Below, piece by piece: positions 40,744 through 53,410 of a stretch of 64,000 bases of DNA. The notes beneath the pieces are model-generated. The model made no database searches, was not told the DNA's origin, and saw only the letters and a program-made list of their open reading frames with translations. Positions within the stretch are counted from its first letter, which is position 1. Every line of letters begins with the position of its first letter. Made by a program: the position numbers and the translations under genes. Origin of the DNA: Scenedesmus sp. PABB004 (lineage: Eukaryota); contig JABVCE010000032.1 of NCBI GenBank assembly GCA_014905635.1, forward strand, positions 124,001-188,000, in the 5' to 3' direction.

Positions 40744-42214
40744 GCGGCGGCGGCGGCTGCGTGTCAAGACGGAGGTGCGGAGCCGGCTGGCGCGCCTGCG
40801 AGCGCAGCGGCGCGGCGCAGCGCGCACCACGGCAGCAGCAGCGTGACCTGGCGCTCCTCGTTGTTGGCGAGGTACGCGGCGCGCAGCAGCGGGTTGACCG
40901 CCGTGCCCGTCATCCAGGGCAGGCTCGCGGTCGTGACGATCGCCACGGAGCGCCCCGGGTCGCGCAGGCTGCGCGCGGCGGGCCGTCGGCGGTGCAGCAG
41001 GTCCAGGTAGTCCGCCATCTGCTGGTACCCGCCGCCGCCACCCTCGCCGCCCGTGCCGTTCTCGCCGCTGCTGCCGCCGGGCCGCTCCGGCAGCAGCCCG
41101 CCGTTGGCCTCGCGCGCAAAGAGCACCAGGCTGTTGCTGCTGCCCGACGCAGACGGCGGCTGCTGCTGCTCGTCGCCGTCGCGCCACGCGCGCGGCACCA
41201 GGTCCCACGGCGCCGCCTGCTCGCCGGCCCCCCGCCGCCGCTCGGCTGCTGCCAGGGCGCGAGCTGAAGGCTGCCGCCGCTGCCGCCGCGCGGCAGGCTG
41301 ACCTCGCCCGCCGCCGTCTGCTGCAGGCTGACCGCCTGCAGCAGCGCGCCGAGGCTCTGCAGGTTGGCCTGGCAGTTGGTCGCCGTCTCCTGCAGCGTCT
41401 GCTGCGCGCTCTGGATCGCCTGCCGCGACTGCGCGAGCAGGCGCGCCGCGACCGCCTCGAGCTGGCGCGCGCCCTCGTCCGCGGCCGCCCAGCTCGGCGG
41501 ACTGCCGGCTCCGTCGTCGCTGCCGCTGCCGCTGGCGTCCCCGGGGTCGTCGCCACCGCCGTCGCGCAGTGGCGGCGCGCGCGCCACGCCGGCGCCGCCG
41601 GGCCCCCGCCGCGCGCGCCGGCGCGGCGGCGCGGGCGCCTGGTGCGGCGTGGTCGGCTCGGGCGCCGCTGGCGGCGGCCCCGCGCCCCCGAGCTCCCAGT
41701 CGCGCGCGAGCCGCACGCGCTGGCCCCGGGTGCCACTGCTGCGCGGCCCCGCTGCTGCCGCTGCTGCTGCTGCTGCCGCGCCGCCGGGCGGCCCCAGCGC
41801 GCCCTCGGAGGCGGAGCGCTTCATGCCGCCGGGGCCGGGCGCCCCTGGGGCCCCGGCAGCCCCCGCAGCAGCGGCCCCCCTGCTCGGCGATGGCCAGAGC
41901 GACGCGTTGGTCTTGACGCGCCGCAGCAGCGCCCACTCGTCGGGCGTGCCCGCCTCGAGCAGCAGCTGCTGCAGGGGCCTGAAGCCGCCCAGGCGGGCCT
42001 CAGCCTCGCGGCGCAGGTTGTGCTCCCAGCTCTCGTAGAGGCGCTGCACGCTGGGGCTGCCGGAGCCGAGGGCCTTGGGCAGGGCGGGGCCTGGGAAGCC
42101 CGGCGCGCGCGGGCCGAGCGCGAGCGGGCCGGGAGGGGCGCCCGGCGCTGCTGCCCCGGGCCCGCCGCCCGCGGCGGCGTCGAGGGCCCCGGGCGGCCGC
42201 GGCTCGCCGGCCAT
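38695..42214 (-). CDS. DGD1: Digalactosyldiacylglycerol synthase (DGD1 type, long N-terminus)
   Basis: [90 protein letters not shown]; apparent 1-nt indel near 41230. Confidence 0.92.
40698..40755. repeat. (GGC)n microsatellite in a DGD1 intron
   Basis: Direct reading. Confidence 0.9.
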
Positions 42215-42416
42215 GGCGTGGTGTTGTGTGGGAGCGCGGAGGGCGCTCGGCGAGCATAGGGGGGAGCTCTATCGACAAAAGCCCGCTGAGCCTCCGTGCG
42301 GCCTTGTTCTCGAGCGCGTTGCATCGCCAGCGTCATCGAGCCACGCACGCCGCCACTGCACCGCCGCTCCCGCCGCCACGCACGCCGCCGCTCGACCGCT
42401 GCCGCCGCCGCCCGCA

Positions 42417-43734
42417 ATGGGCTCCAAGAAGCGCGCCGCCGCGGCTTCAGACCCCGCACACAACCAGCGCGCGGTCAAGCAGCAGCGCGCGCCCGCCGCG
42501 GAGCCGGCGCAACAGCAGCAGCCGCCGCGGGACGCGGAGCAGCCGCCGGCACGCAGCGACGGGGGCTTCAAGAACCGGGAGAAGGTGCTGGTGCTGGGGA
42601 GCCGCGGCATCACGTACAGGCGAGGGCGCGCGCGGGCGCGCCGGTGGACGGGCCGGCCGCCCCACGCCACCGCTCCGCGCCGCCGCAGGTCGCGGCACCT
42701 CATGGCCGACGTGCTGGCCCTGCTGCCGCACAGCAAGAAGGACGTCAAGCTCGACACCAAGAGCGACAGGCGCGGGTGGCGCGTCGCTGCAGCAGTGCGC
42801 GCGTCACGCGCCGCGCCGCGCCGACCGCGCGCACCACGCCCGTCGCAGGGGCGTCATCAACGAGGTCGCCGAGGAGAAGGGCTGCAGCAGCGCGCTGTTC
42901 TTCGAGTCGCGCAAACGCCAGGACCTGTACTTGTGGATGGTGCGCCGCGCGCCGTGCGCGCCCCCCGCAGACGCGGCTGCCTGCCGGCCCACGCGCCGCA
43001 CTCCGCCGCAGGCCAAGGCGCCCGACGGCCCGACCGCCAAGTTCCTGGTGCTCAACGTGCACACGATGGACGAGCTCAAGCTGACCGGCAACCACCTGCG
43101 CGGCTCGCGGTGCGCCGCCGCCGTGCTGAGGGCTGCCGGCGGCGGGCGGCGCCTCTCCCCGCTTCGAGCCCTGCCCCCCCCCCCCCCCGCACCGCAGGCC
43201 GCTGCTGAGCTTTGACGCAGCCTTTGACGCGCAGCCGCACCTGCAGCTGCTCAAGGAGGTGCTGGGCCAGGTGTTTGCCACGCCGGGGGGGCACCACCGT
43301 GCGAAGCCCTTCTTCGACCACGTGCTGTCGTTCAGCCTCGCCGACGGCGCGATCTGGCTGCGCAACTACCAGGCGCGCGGGGCGCCGCCGGGGGCGGCAG
43401 CCGAGGGCGCCGGCCCTAGTCTCAGGCCACGCGCACCCGCGCGCAGGTGGTGATGCCGCTGGACAAGCGCCGCGCCGACCCGGGCACCGCGAGCCTCGTG
43501 GAGGTGGGGCCGCGCGCCGCGCTGCGCCCGATCCGCGTGTTTGAGGGCAGCTTTGGCGGCCGCGTGCTGTACGACAACCCCGAGTACGTCGCGCCGAGCA
43601 CGCTGCGCCGCCTCGCCAAGGCCCGCGCGGCGGGGCGCTACGGCGCGCGGGTCGCGGCGCGCGCCAAGCGCCGCGCGCACGAGGCCGCGCACGCGCCGCC
43701 GGCCGACGAGCTCGAGGGCGTGTTCCGGGGCTGA
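42417..43734 (+). CDS. BRX1: Ribosome biogenesis protein BRX1 (Brix domain); 6 exons
   Basis: NREKVLVLGSRGITYR, LFFESRKRQDLYLWM, NVHTMDELKLTGNHLRGSRP, KPFFDHVLSFS, LVEVGPR...IRVFEGSFGG. Confidence 0.93.
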
Positions 43735-43739
43735 AGAGC

Positions 43740-45870
43740 GGAGCGGGGGCAGGGCGCGCGCACCTTGGACTGGTCGCTGGAGAAGAAGGAGCAGCCGAGG
43801 GGCACGCCGTCGAGGGAGCGGTGCTCTTGGGGTCGATGGTTAAAAACGTGCCCGTCATCAGCACCACGCGGATAGGCTTGGACGCCGCCGCGCGCAGCCG
43901 CGCGAGGCGGTCGCCAGCGCCCGGCGCCGCGGGCGCGCCGCCGCCTCCTGCGCCGCCGCCGCCGCCGCCGCCGCCGCTTCCGGCGCCCCCGCTTCCGGCC
44001 TTCCCATCGCCGCCGCCGCCGCCGCCGTTGCCACCGCCGCCGCCGCTGCCGCCGCCGTCGCTGCCCTGGCTGCGACCGGGACCCGCGCCCGGGCCGCCAC
44101 CGCCGCCGTGGTAGGTGTGCGTGAGCGGCAGGTGCTGCTGCGCTCGGTGCACCACCTCCTGCTCCAGCCGCACCGCCTGGCCGCGCAGCTGGTGCAGCTC
44201 TTGCCTGAGCAGGTGCAGCTCCTGCTCCAGCTGGTGCCTGCTCCGCGCCACGGCCGGCGAGTTGCTGCGGGGCGGGGCCGCGGCCGGGGCGTCAGCGCGA
44301 GCGAGCCAGGGGGCGGCAGACACACGCGGCGCGGCGCCGGCTCGCTGGCTGCCGCCACGCGCCCTCGAGAGCTCACCTGTTGACGGCCCTGCCCGCCGAC
44401 GCCAGCAGCCACACAAGGCCCGCCACCGCTGCGGCGGTGCTCACGGCGCCCCACCACACGCGCGCGGGGTCCGCCGCCGCCTCCTTGCCCTTGCCGCCGA
44501 CGCCGCGTTGCAGCTTGCCCGGTGGCCGCTGCGAATACGCGCCGACCGCCAGCACGGCCGCGACGAGCAGCCCCCGCGCCAGCCCGCCAGGGCGCTGCGC
44601 CGGCCACGCCAACGCGCTCGCGCCCACGCTGCCCAGCTTGGCGACCTGGCCCAGCACGGCGAGGCCCGCCGCCGCGCCGGGCGTCGCGTCGCGCACCGCC
44701 CAGCCCAGCCAGCTCACGCGCAGGCGACCCCGCACGACGCGGCCAGCAGCGCCGCCGCGCCGGTGCCCAACTGCGCCGCCGCGCGGGGCAGCCCTGGCGC
44801 GTCCAGCGCGACGGCCGCCAGCAGGCAAGGCACCGCCGCGACCGCGCTCTCGCGCGCCGCCCGCGCCGCGGCGGACGCGCCGCCGCCGCCGCGCGCTTGG
44901 TGCGCGGCCAGCAGCGCGTGCAGCGCGGCGCTGAGCAGCCAGCAGCCCAGCCATGCCAGCGCGGCGAGCGGCAGCGCCGCGAGGTGCAGGCTCAGCGCCG
45001 CCGCCGCGAGCGCGGCTGATCGCGAGCGGCGCCCAGCCCGGCGCGCTGCTGCCGAGGAAGAGCCATTCCGCCAGCGCCGCCGCCGCGGGCGTGCAGCACC
45101 GCGCCGCCACCACGGCGTCCACGCTCGCGTGCCGCAGCGCGGCGAGGCGGCACAGCACCGCGGCCGCGAGCGCCCCTGCCAGCGGCGCCGCCTCGCGCAG
45201 CCGGGCCGGCTGCAGGAGCGGCGGCGGCGCGCTGCCACCACCGGCGCTGCTGTCATCACGCTGCGCGCGCCGCCGCCGCGCGCCGCCCGCGCCGTCACCA
45301 GCGCTGTGCTCGCCAGGTGCAGCGCCGCCACGCTCGCCGCGCCGCCCGCCGGCCACGCCTCGAGCAGCGCCTTGTTGACCACCAGCAGCGCCGCGCTGGC
45401 CAGCGCGTACAGCAGCGCCGCTCGGCGGACGGGCGGCCCCGCCGCCACGAGCTGCCGCAGCAGCAGCATCTCGCAATCACGCGCCCGCCGCGCCGCGCTC
45501 CGCCATTGCCTGCATGCCGCTGTGGCGTGTGGCAACGGGTGACGTGCGGCTGCTTGTCACGCGTGCGTGGAGTGAGCCAGCGGCGGCCTGCGGTGCGAGC
45601 TGGCCACTCAACACAAGGCGTGCGACAGCCCGCCGTGGCTGCTGCGGGTCCTCCTGCGCTCGCTGGAGCGGGCTGGGCGACGTCCGAGCTTTGAGAGGGC
45701 CGTGGTGCAGGAGCGGCGGCGCACAGCTCGGCGGCGTCAGAGGCGACCGAAGCAGCGGCCGCACAACCGCCGCGGCGCGCGGCGCAGGCGGCGGTCGGCG
45801 GGGGCCCCGCGCGCCGTGACGCACGGTGGCAATTACTTCCGGTGGCGGCGCGCCAGACCGGCAAACCCCC
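43740..45870 (-). pseudogene. Inverted, frameshifted copy of the upstream region and first two exons of the transporter-FucT fusion gene (about 32385-34480)
   Basis: ATG 45469 MLLLRQLVAAG...; frameshifts near 45250, 45010 and 44715; retains the intron (44265-44376) with a GT donor; GT10 catalytic exons absent. Confidence 0.88.
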
Positions 45871-46025
45871 CGTCTCTGCCGCGAGCGCCGCCGCGGCCCG
45901 CCCCGCCCGCCCCGCCCTTCCGGGCTCCGCACACCACCAGCCGCTCGCACACCAAGCCAGCGGCGCTGCGGCGGCAGCACCGCACCCAGCACCTCACGAA
46001 CGCGCCCTCCTTGCCAGCAGGCGGC

Positions 46026-47472
46026 ATGGCGGAGGCGGAGATCAGCCCGGGGGAGCTCAAGTTTCGATGTGAGCCGGGCTCGTGGAGGCCGCAGCGCGCC
46101 GCGCCGCGCCCACACGCGCCCGCCGCTCCGCGCTCGCTCCCGCGGCCCGCAGTCCAGCTGAACAAGCAGCTCCCCGCCGCGATCAGCATACACAACCCCG
46201 GCGGCGAGCGCCTGGCGTTCAAGGTGCGGGCCGCAGGCGCTGCGGGCGCATCGGGGCGTCCGCGCTCGCTGGCGGCCACGCCGCCCCCCGCACGCCGCGC
46301 TGGCAGGTCAAGACCACCACGCCCAAGAAATACGTCGTGCGCCCCAGCTCGGTGAGGCCCTGGGGGGGCCGCGGCGGCCACTGCTGCCGCCGAAGCTCCC
46401 AACAACCGCCCGCGCCGTCGCACGGCGCGTCGCGCAGGGCGCGGTGGAGCCCCGCAGCACCGCCAACGTGCAGGTCATCATGCAGGTGGGACGCAGGGCT
46501 GGTGATCGGCCGCGTTGGGGGCGCAGAGCGCGGCAGAGCAGCAGCAGCACACGCCTCGGCGTCCGCCGCCCCTGCTCGAGCACGCAGGCGCAGAAGGAGC
46601 TGCCGCCCGACTTTGCCAGCTGCAAGGACAAGTTCCTGGTCCAGGTCAAGGCGCTGGAGGCGGGCGAGGTGGGTGATGTCTCGCGGTTGGGGGTGTGGCC
46701 GAAGCGCACGATCACGTGCCGTCCGCCGTCTCGTGTGCCCGCCGCCGCGTGCGCAGGAGATCACGCAGGACACGTTCAAGGCCGGCAAGGGCGTCAAGGT
46801 TCGACGGCGCCAGCAGCACCGCAGCAGGCTGCTGGGCGCCCGCGCAGGGCATCGCCGGCGCCGCGGCGACCCGCACGACTCCCGCACTGACTGCGCATTC
46901 ACAGGACACCAAGATCCGGGTGCTGCTGGAGGGCCCGCCCGCGCCGCCGTCGCCGGTGCCCGAGGTCAACGAGGTGGACGAGGACGCGCCGAGCCGCGCG
47001 CACGCCGACGGCCTCAGCAGCGCCGCGGTGACCGCGCCGGGCGCCGACCCCGCGTCGCTGGGCCAGGAGAACCGGGCGCTGCGCGCGCAGCTGGAGCGAC
47101 TGCTGGCGGAGCGCGACGCCCTGCGCACCAAGGTGGGCCGCGCTGGCGCGCGCGAGACTGTTGAGGGGGGAGCCACCGCAGCACGCGCCGTTTTGACGGA
47201 CGGCGGCGCCGCTCGCGCCCCCCCCCCCACCCCACCCCCCCCCACCCACCCACCCTCCCCCCCCCCCCCCCCCACACACACACACCCGCCCGCAGCTGGA
47301 CAAGGCCGGCCGCGGCGCCGCCGCCGCGCCGGGCGGCAGCAGAGCGTCCGCGGGGCCGTCGGTCGCGTCGGTGCTGCCGGTCCTGCTCGTCGGCCTGCTG
47401 GCCTTCCTCGTGGGCCACTACCTGCACAGCGTGCCGGTGGTCAGCAAGCTGCTGGGCAAGGAGGAGGCGTGA
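46026..47472 (+). CDS. VAMP-associated protein (VAP27/SCS2 family; MSP domain, coiled coil, C-terminal TM)
   Basis: ISPGELKF, ERLAFK|VKTTTPKKYVVRPSS, CKDKFLVQ, GPPAPPSPVPE, TM VLLVGLLAFLVGHYL. Confidence 0.9.
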
Positions 47473-49198
47473 GAGCGGCGGCTTTGGAGGGCATACCTGG
47501 ACGCGGTTGGGGCGCGGGGTGCCTTGTGCGTGGCTGGCGTGTAATTGCTGGCGCGCAGACGGCTGCATGCAACCTGCGCTCAGGAGTGCGCTCGCACGCC
47601 GCGCCCGCACAACCCGCGCAGCCGCTCGGTGACGGCGCGGGCGGCGCGCGAGAGCGCGGTAGGGTTTAGCAGGCTGCGCCCGCGCTGCGCATCGCTCGCG
47701 CGCAGACGTCCCTGCTGGGCCGCGGCGACGCTCGCCGCTGCTCCACACGCTGCACATTCACAGGACACCAAGATCCGGGTGCTGCTGGAGGGCCCGCCCG
47801 CGCCGCCGTCGCCGGTGCCCGAGGTCAATGAGCTCGACGAGGACGCGCCGAGCCGCGCGCACGCTGACGGCCTCAGCAGCGCCGCGGTGACCGCGCCGGG
47901 CGCCGACCCCGCGTCGCTGGGCCAGGAGAACCGGGCGCTGCGCGCGCAGCTGGAGCGACTGCTGGCGGAGCGCGACGCCCTGCGCACCAAGGTGGGCCGC
48001 GCTGGCGCGCGCGAGACTGTTGAGGGGGGAGCCACCGCAGCACGCGCCGTTTGACGGACGGCGGCGCCGCTCACGCCCCCCCCCACCCCACCCCACCCCC
48101 ACCCCACCCACCCACCCCCCCCCCCCCCACACACACACACACACACCCGCCCGCAGCTGGACAAGGCCGGCCGCGGCGCCGCCGCCGCGCCGGGCGGCAG
48201 CAGAGCGTCCGCGGGGCCGTCGGCCGTGTCGGTGCTGCCGGTCCTGCTCGTCGGCCTGCTGGCCTTCCTCGTGGGCCACTACCTGCACAGCGTGCCGGTG
48301 GTCAGCAAGCTGCTGGGCAAGGAGGAGGCGTGAGAGCGGCGGCTTTGGAGGGCATACCTGGACGCGGTTGGGGCGCGGGGTGCCTTGTGCGTGGCTGGCG
48401 TGTAATTGCTGGCGCGCAGACGGCTGCATGCAACCTGCGCTCAGGAGTGCGCTCGCACGCCGCGCCCGCACAACCCGCGCAGCCGCTCGGTGACGGCGCG
48501 GGCGGCGCGCGAGAGCGCGGTAGGGTTTAGCAGGCTGCGCCCGCGCTGCGCATCGCTCGCGCGCAGACGTCCCTGCTGGGCCGCGGCGACGCTCGCCGCT
48601 GCTCCACACGCTGCACATTCACAGGACACCAAGATCCGGGTGCTGCTGGAGGGCCCGCCCGCGCCGCCGTCGCCGGTGCCCGAGGTCAATGAGCTCGACG
48701 AGGACGCGCCGAGCCGCGCGCACGCTGACGGCCTCAGCAGCGCCGCGGTGACCGCGCCGGGCGCCGACCCCGCGTCGCTGGGCCAGGAGAACCGGGCGCT
48801 GCGCGCGCAGCTGGAGCGACTGCTGGCGGAGCGCGACGCCCTGCGCACCAAGGTGGGCCGCGCTGGCGCGCGCGAGACTGTTGAGGGGGGAGCCACCGCA
48901 GCACGCGCCGTTTTGACGGACGGCGGCGCCGCTCACGCCCCCCCCCACCCCCCACCCCACCCCACCCACCCACCCTCCCCCCCCCCCCCACACACACACA
49001 CACCCGCCCGCAGCTGGACAAGGCCGGCCGCGGCGCCGCCGCTGCGCCGGGCGGCAGCAGAGCGTCCGCGGGGCCGTCGGCCGTGTCGGTGCTGCCGGTC
49101 CTGCTCGTCGGCCTGCTGGCCTTCCTCGTGGGCCACTACCTGCACAGCGTGCCGGTGGTCAGCAAGCTGCTGGGCAAGGAGGAGGCGTGAGAGCGGCG
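46894..49198 (+). repeat. Tandem triplication (period about 860 bp) of the last two VAP exons plus downstream sequence
   Basis: CAGGACACCAAGATCCGGGTG at 46902, 47761 and 48622; stops at 47472, 48333 and 49189. Confidence 0.92.
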
Positions 49199-49451
49199 TC
49201 GGGGGCACACCTGGGGGGCGGTTGGGTGAGGCAATGGAGGGCGCGCGCTCGCGGGGGGGGGGGGGGGGGGGGGGCAAGCATGCAGGCATGCGGTGTAATT
49301 GCTGGTGCGTGACGGCTGCAGGGGCCACAGCGGCCCAGAGGCGATCCTCCCAGCTTATCTCCGCGAAAAGCCACGTCTGGGCACGCTGCTGCAGGCGCCC
49401 TCCGGCGCCCACGCGGCGCGCATCGCGGCATTCCTGGCGAGCAGGCACCCT

Positions 49452-49793
49452 TCAGGGAGCGGCAGGGCGGCGAGGGCGACGCGCGGCAGCCTGCCGCGCG
49501 TCGCCCTCGCCGCCGCGCATACGATGCGCTCGGTGCTGTTTGGGGGGGGAAAATCGCACATCAACGCTGAGGCCGCTGTGGGCGAGCAGCTCTGGCACCC
49601 ACTCCACCTCCCACAAGCCTGAAACAAGAGTTTCGGAGTTTGGTAGTACCCACACTACTGGCAGGTGAGCCTCCTTGGTAGGTGGTCGCCAGGTTGAATG
49701 ACTGTTCGATCCATTGAACAAAAGGCTGCCAACAATTAAAATGACTGATGAAGATATCGTGGCGAGGCTCAACATAACAGCTCGGGGGCGCAT
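49452..49793 (-). pseudogene. Low-GC 5' fragment of a type II membrane (glycosyltransferase-like) gene, truncated near 49520
   Basis: MRPRAVMLSLATISSSVILIVGSLLF (TM)...LPVVWVLPNSETLVSGLWEVEWVPELL; AT-rich upstream; GC rises abruptly below about 49520. Confidence 0.45.
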
Positions 49794-50064
49794 TGACGAT
49801 GGGACAATTTCTCCACAAACACGCGAAGTAGCATGGCGGATATAGCAGTGGCGGTACAAAAGCCCACCTGACAACACGTGTTCTCAGCAAAAAAAACTGT
49901 GTTGTTGTTTCTGCAAAAATTTGGCACTCGCCGCGGCGGCCATTTTGGCACTCGCCGCCGGCAGCGCGCGCACGACACCTTGTGCTTGGGCTCGGCGTCA
50001 GCCTGCGCGAGCGTCGGCGGGCAGCGCGTACGAGTCCGCAGTGACCCCTGTCGCCGTCGCCTCG

Positions 50065-50429
50065 CAGCGTGCGGAGCAGTTCATCGACCGCTTCGTGCGC
50101 GCGCTGCCGGCGGCGATCAGGGCGCCGGTCGTGCACATCGTCAAGCCGTCCTGTCGGCGGCGCGCAGCATCGTTGACCGCAGCCCACGACCGCGTGCTGC
50201 TCGCAGCACGCCCTCACAGCACCGCTGCCGCTGCCGCCGCGCGCAGTGCGAGGTCGACACCGAGAGCGTGGGCCACGTGCTGTGCAAAAAGGCAGAGGAG
50301 CTGGACGCGGCGGCGATCGTCATGGCCAGCCACAACAAGGACCGTGTTGCCGAGTTCTTCCTCGGCAGCGTGAGCCAGTACTGCACACACCACAGCAAGC
50401 GGCCCGTGGTCATCGCGCCCGCCAAGTGA
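50065..50429 (+). pseudogene. 3' fragment of a universal stress protein (USP-A) gene
   Basis: VVHIVK|CEVDTESVGHVLCKKAEELDAAAIVMASHNKDRVAEFFLGSVSQYCTHHSKRPVVI; no 5' exons; donor after VK reads CC. Confidence 0.8.
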
Positions 50430-50668
50430 AGCTGGCGGCGCTGTGAAGCTGGCGGCGCTGTGGCTGGGGCACTGGCGGGCGCCACGCACGCGTGCCTTGC
50501 TGGCGGGGCCCAGCGATGCTCTGCGCAAGCGCCGGCGTGGCTTGCTGCTGCTGGCTGCCGCGGCGCTCACGCAGGCCTGGTGCTGGCGACGAGCGTTGCA
50601 CGCTGCACCGTCCGGTGGGAGCACGAGGTTACACACACCTGCTGCGCATGGGCAGCCCTGACCGCCCG

Positions 50669-51738
50669 CTAGTCGTCCAGCAGGCCCAGCTCGTGCAGCC
50701 TGTCGAGCGCCATGTAGGCGGTGGTGATGGAGGGCAGCAGCATCTCGCCCGACACCATCAGCCGCCGAAACTCGTCCAGCGGCAGCCGCAGCACCTGCGG
50801 CAAGCGAGCGGGCGGGCGGCGGCGGCGGTGAGCGGGCGGCGCGGCACCCGGCTGCAGCGCCCGCCCGGCAGCATCTGCACGCGCCTCCATGCTCGCCTCC
50901 TCCGCGTCCCGGCTGCCCGGCTGGGGGTCGGTGCCCGGGCGGACCACCAGGAACGGCACGAAGCGGTTCATGCACCACTTGACCTCGGGCAGCCCCGGGT
51001 GCTCCGGCGCCAGCAGGCGGTGCCACTGACCGCCCGCCAGCCAGGCCTGCGCGCGCGATTTGACGCGGCACCTGGCGGCGCGGCACACGGCCAGCCTCGA
51101 AAAAGCGCCACAGAGCCGCTGCCCGCACCCGCCCGGCGCGACCGCCGCCGCGCACCTCCTCGCTCAGCTCGCGCGCGGCGCACTCGGCGACGTCCGCGTG
51201 GCGCCCCGGGTCCAGCCCGCCCGTGGGCAGGCAGTAGGCCAGCGCGTGCGGGCCCTGTGCGTACTCGCGGACGAGCGTGACCTGGCGGCCGCGCAGGCAG
51301 GCGTGCGGCGTGAGCCCCAGGCGGTGCCCCCCTTGTCGCCTGCGCGCCCCGCGCAGCCCGGCCACCGCCGCACTTCGCCGCCCCTGCGGCCGTCCTTGTA
51401 GGGGTGGAAGGGAAAGGTGACCGCGAAGCAGAAGTTGGCGCGCGGGTGGCCCATGACGTCAAGTCGAGCACGCGGCACTGTTTGCCGGGGTGGCACGGCG
51501 GTCGCGCGGGCTGCGGTCAGCGCCGGCCAGGTGTGTGCGTGCCCGTCCAGCCCCCCTCGCTGGCCGCACCTCGGCGGGGCTGCCGGGCGCAGAAGCGCAC
51601 GCGGCGGTCGTACGGTCAGGTACGGTCAGGTCAGGTCAGGTCAGGTACGGTCAGGTAGCGGCTGTGCAGCGCCTCCGACACGAGCTCGTACTGCTGCATC
51701 GGCGCGACCTGCAGCGCCGGCTGCGGGTGCAGCTGGCG
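50669..51738 (-). pseudogene. Nudix hydrolase gene disrupted at its 5' end
   Basis: VTLVREYAQG, LPTGGLDPGRHADVAECAARELSEE (Nudix box), LPEVKWCMNRF; first exon has an ACCTG/ACCGT expansion with a stop (51609-51657) and abuts a LINE. Confidence 0.8.
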
Positions 51739-53410
51739 AAAAAAGACAAAGATAGTTACACCACAGGCTCGCGCCCATTGGTCCCGCGCCCCTTAAGGAC
51801 GGTGTCCCGCATCTTCCAGATGTCCATCACATAATCTGCCACAGAGTGAACAGCAAGCTGATCCTGCAGCAGGTCACCAAGCAGATAATGCCGAGCCTGC
51901 TCCAGTGCTGCACACCGACCCGCCGCGCCGGTAACGGCAGCCCGAGGGGCTGCCGCACCAGCAGCGACGCTACTGACGCTGACCGCCGCGCTGACATCAG
52001 CAGCCCGAGGGGCCGCCGTAACAGCCGCGACGCCGCTGTCGCTGATGCTGACCGCCGCGCCTGCGTCAGCAGCCCGAGGGGCCGCCGCGCTAGCCACGAC
52101 GCCGGGGTCGCTGACGCTGCCGCTGCCGCCGCCGCCAGCTCCAGCCTCCAGCTCCTGGCTGCCGCTGGCCGCCAGCTCAACACCAGCCGCACGCAGGTGC
52201 GCAGCCAGCGCGCCAGCATGCGCGCCCCCGCCGCTGGCACCGAGGTCCGCAAGCAGCGCAGCGAGGCGCGCAGGGCGGCCGGGCGCGCCGCACTCAAAGA
52301 GAAAGTGCGCGGCCGACTCGGGCGCGCGCGCCGCGCAGCAGGGGCAGCGCTCCCGCTCCGCCTGCTGCGCGACCAACTCCCCCCGGCGCGCGTGGCTATG
52401 GGCAGCGCGCAGCGGGAGGCACTCCATGCGCAGGCGCATGAGCAGCTCCGCCGGCCGGCCGCGCCGCAGAGCCAGCCCAGGTAATCCCGGGCGCACGGCA
52501 CGCCGGCGCGGCGCGTGAAGGAGCGAGTAGAGAAGACGCCGCTGCCAAAGGCCTCCCGGTAGCGCCGCGCCACCGAGCCGCGGCCGGCGGCGGCCTCCCA
52601 GGCGCCATCGATGTGGTCGCCAGCAAGGTCGCAAAGGTGAGCAGCAAACTCGTTGCGGCTCATGCCTGCAGGAGGCCGCCCACGCCCTTCCACCACGGCG
52701 TGGCGGGCCAGGCGTCGGCAACGCGGCGCAGCAGGCGGTCGGCTGGCAGGGCACGCAGGCGGTGCTAGCGCAGCATGAGGGTGTCGCACACGACATGCAG
52801 CGGGGTGATGCCCGGCTCCTGCTGCAGGCACGCGTGCGACACGTTGGCGGGCACCCGGTCATGCGCCGCGCATGATGCGCGCCTCCAGCCCCGCCTGTCA
52901 CGAGTCGAGCTCCGCGCGGCGTTCGACCGTGGGGCGGGCCCAGACCTGGGCCGCGTGCGTCAACACAGGCTGCACCACGCCCGTGAGCGTGAGCAGGCGC
53001 AGGCGCAGCGGCAGGCGCCGCTCGCGCAGCACCGCCGACTGAGCCCAGAACGCCTTGTCCGCAGCAGCCTTGCGGCGCTGCAGGTGGGCGTCCCAGCTGC
53101 GGGCGCTGCGGTCGGCCGTCAGCCACGCGCCCAGGTACCTGTACCCAGTGACGCGCGGCACCTGCTCCGCGCCCCACGACCACTGGTAGGCCGCCGCGTG
53201 GCGCCAAGGAGCTGCTGCATCTCCGCCGGGCCGGCCGCAAGGCTGGCGCAGTCGTCCGCGAAGAGGAGCGCGACCAGCTTGTCGTCGGCGGCGCCTGGCT
53301 CGGGCGCGGGTGGCGCCGCGCCGGCGGGCGGCGCGGGCGGCGCGGCGGGCGCGGGCGCGGCGGGCAGCGGCACGCCCATCGGGTGCCGGGTGCTGCTGCG
53401 TGGGCTGCGC
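51739..53410 (-). mobile_element. 5'-truncated, degenerate non-LTR retrotransposon (LINE; L1/RTEX-like ORF2 C-terminal half)
   Basis: RT motif LLFADD, YRYLG, C-terminal zinc knuckle CPCC...ESAAHFLFEC; internal stop at 52898 and frameshifts; ORF stop at 51756 overlaps TGTAA, followed by a short T-rich tail. Confidence 0.85.

Noticed and set aside
47660..47669. TAGGGTTTAG as a telomere seed
   Set aside because: Less than two units; compatible with chance
51609..51657. (CCTGA)n-like array as the LINE's microsatellite tail
   Set aside because: It lies about 80 bp inside Nudix coding sequence and is a stutter of the Nudix codons TAC CTG ACC GT
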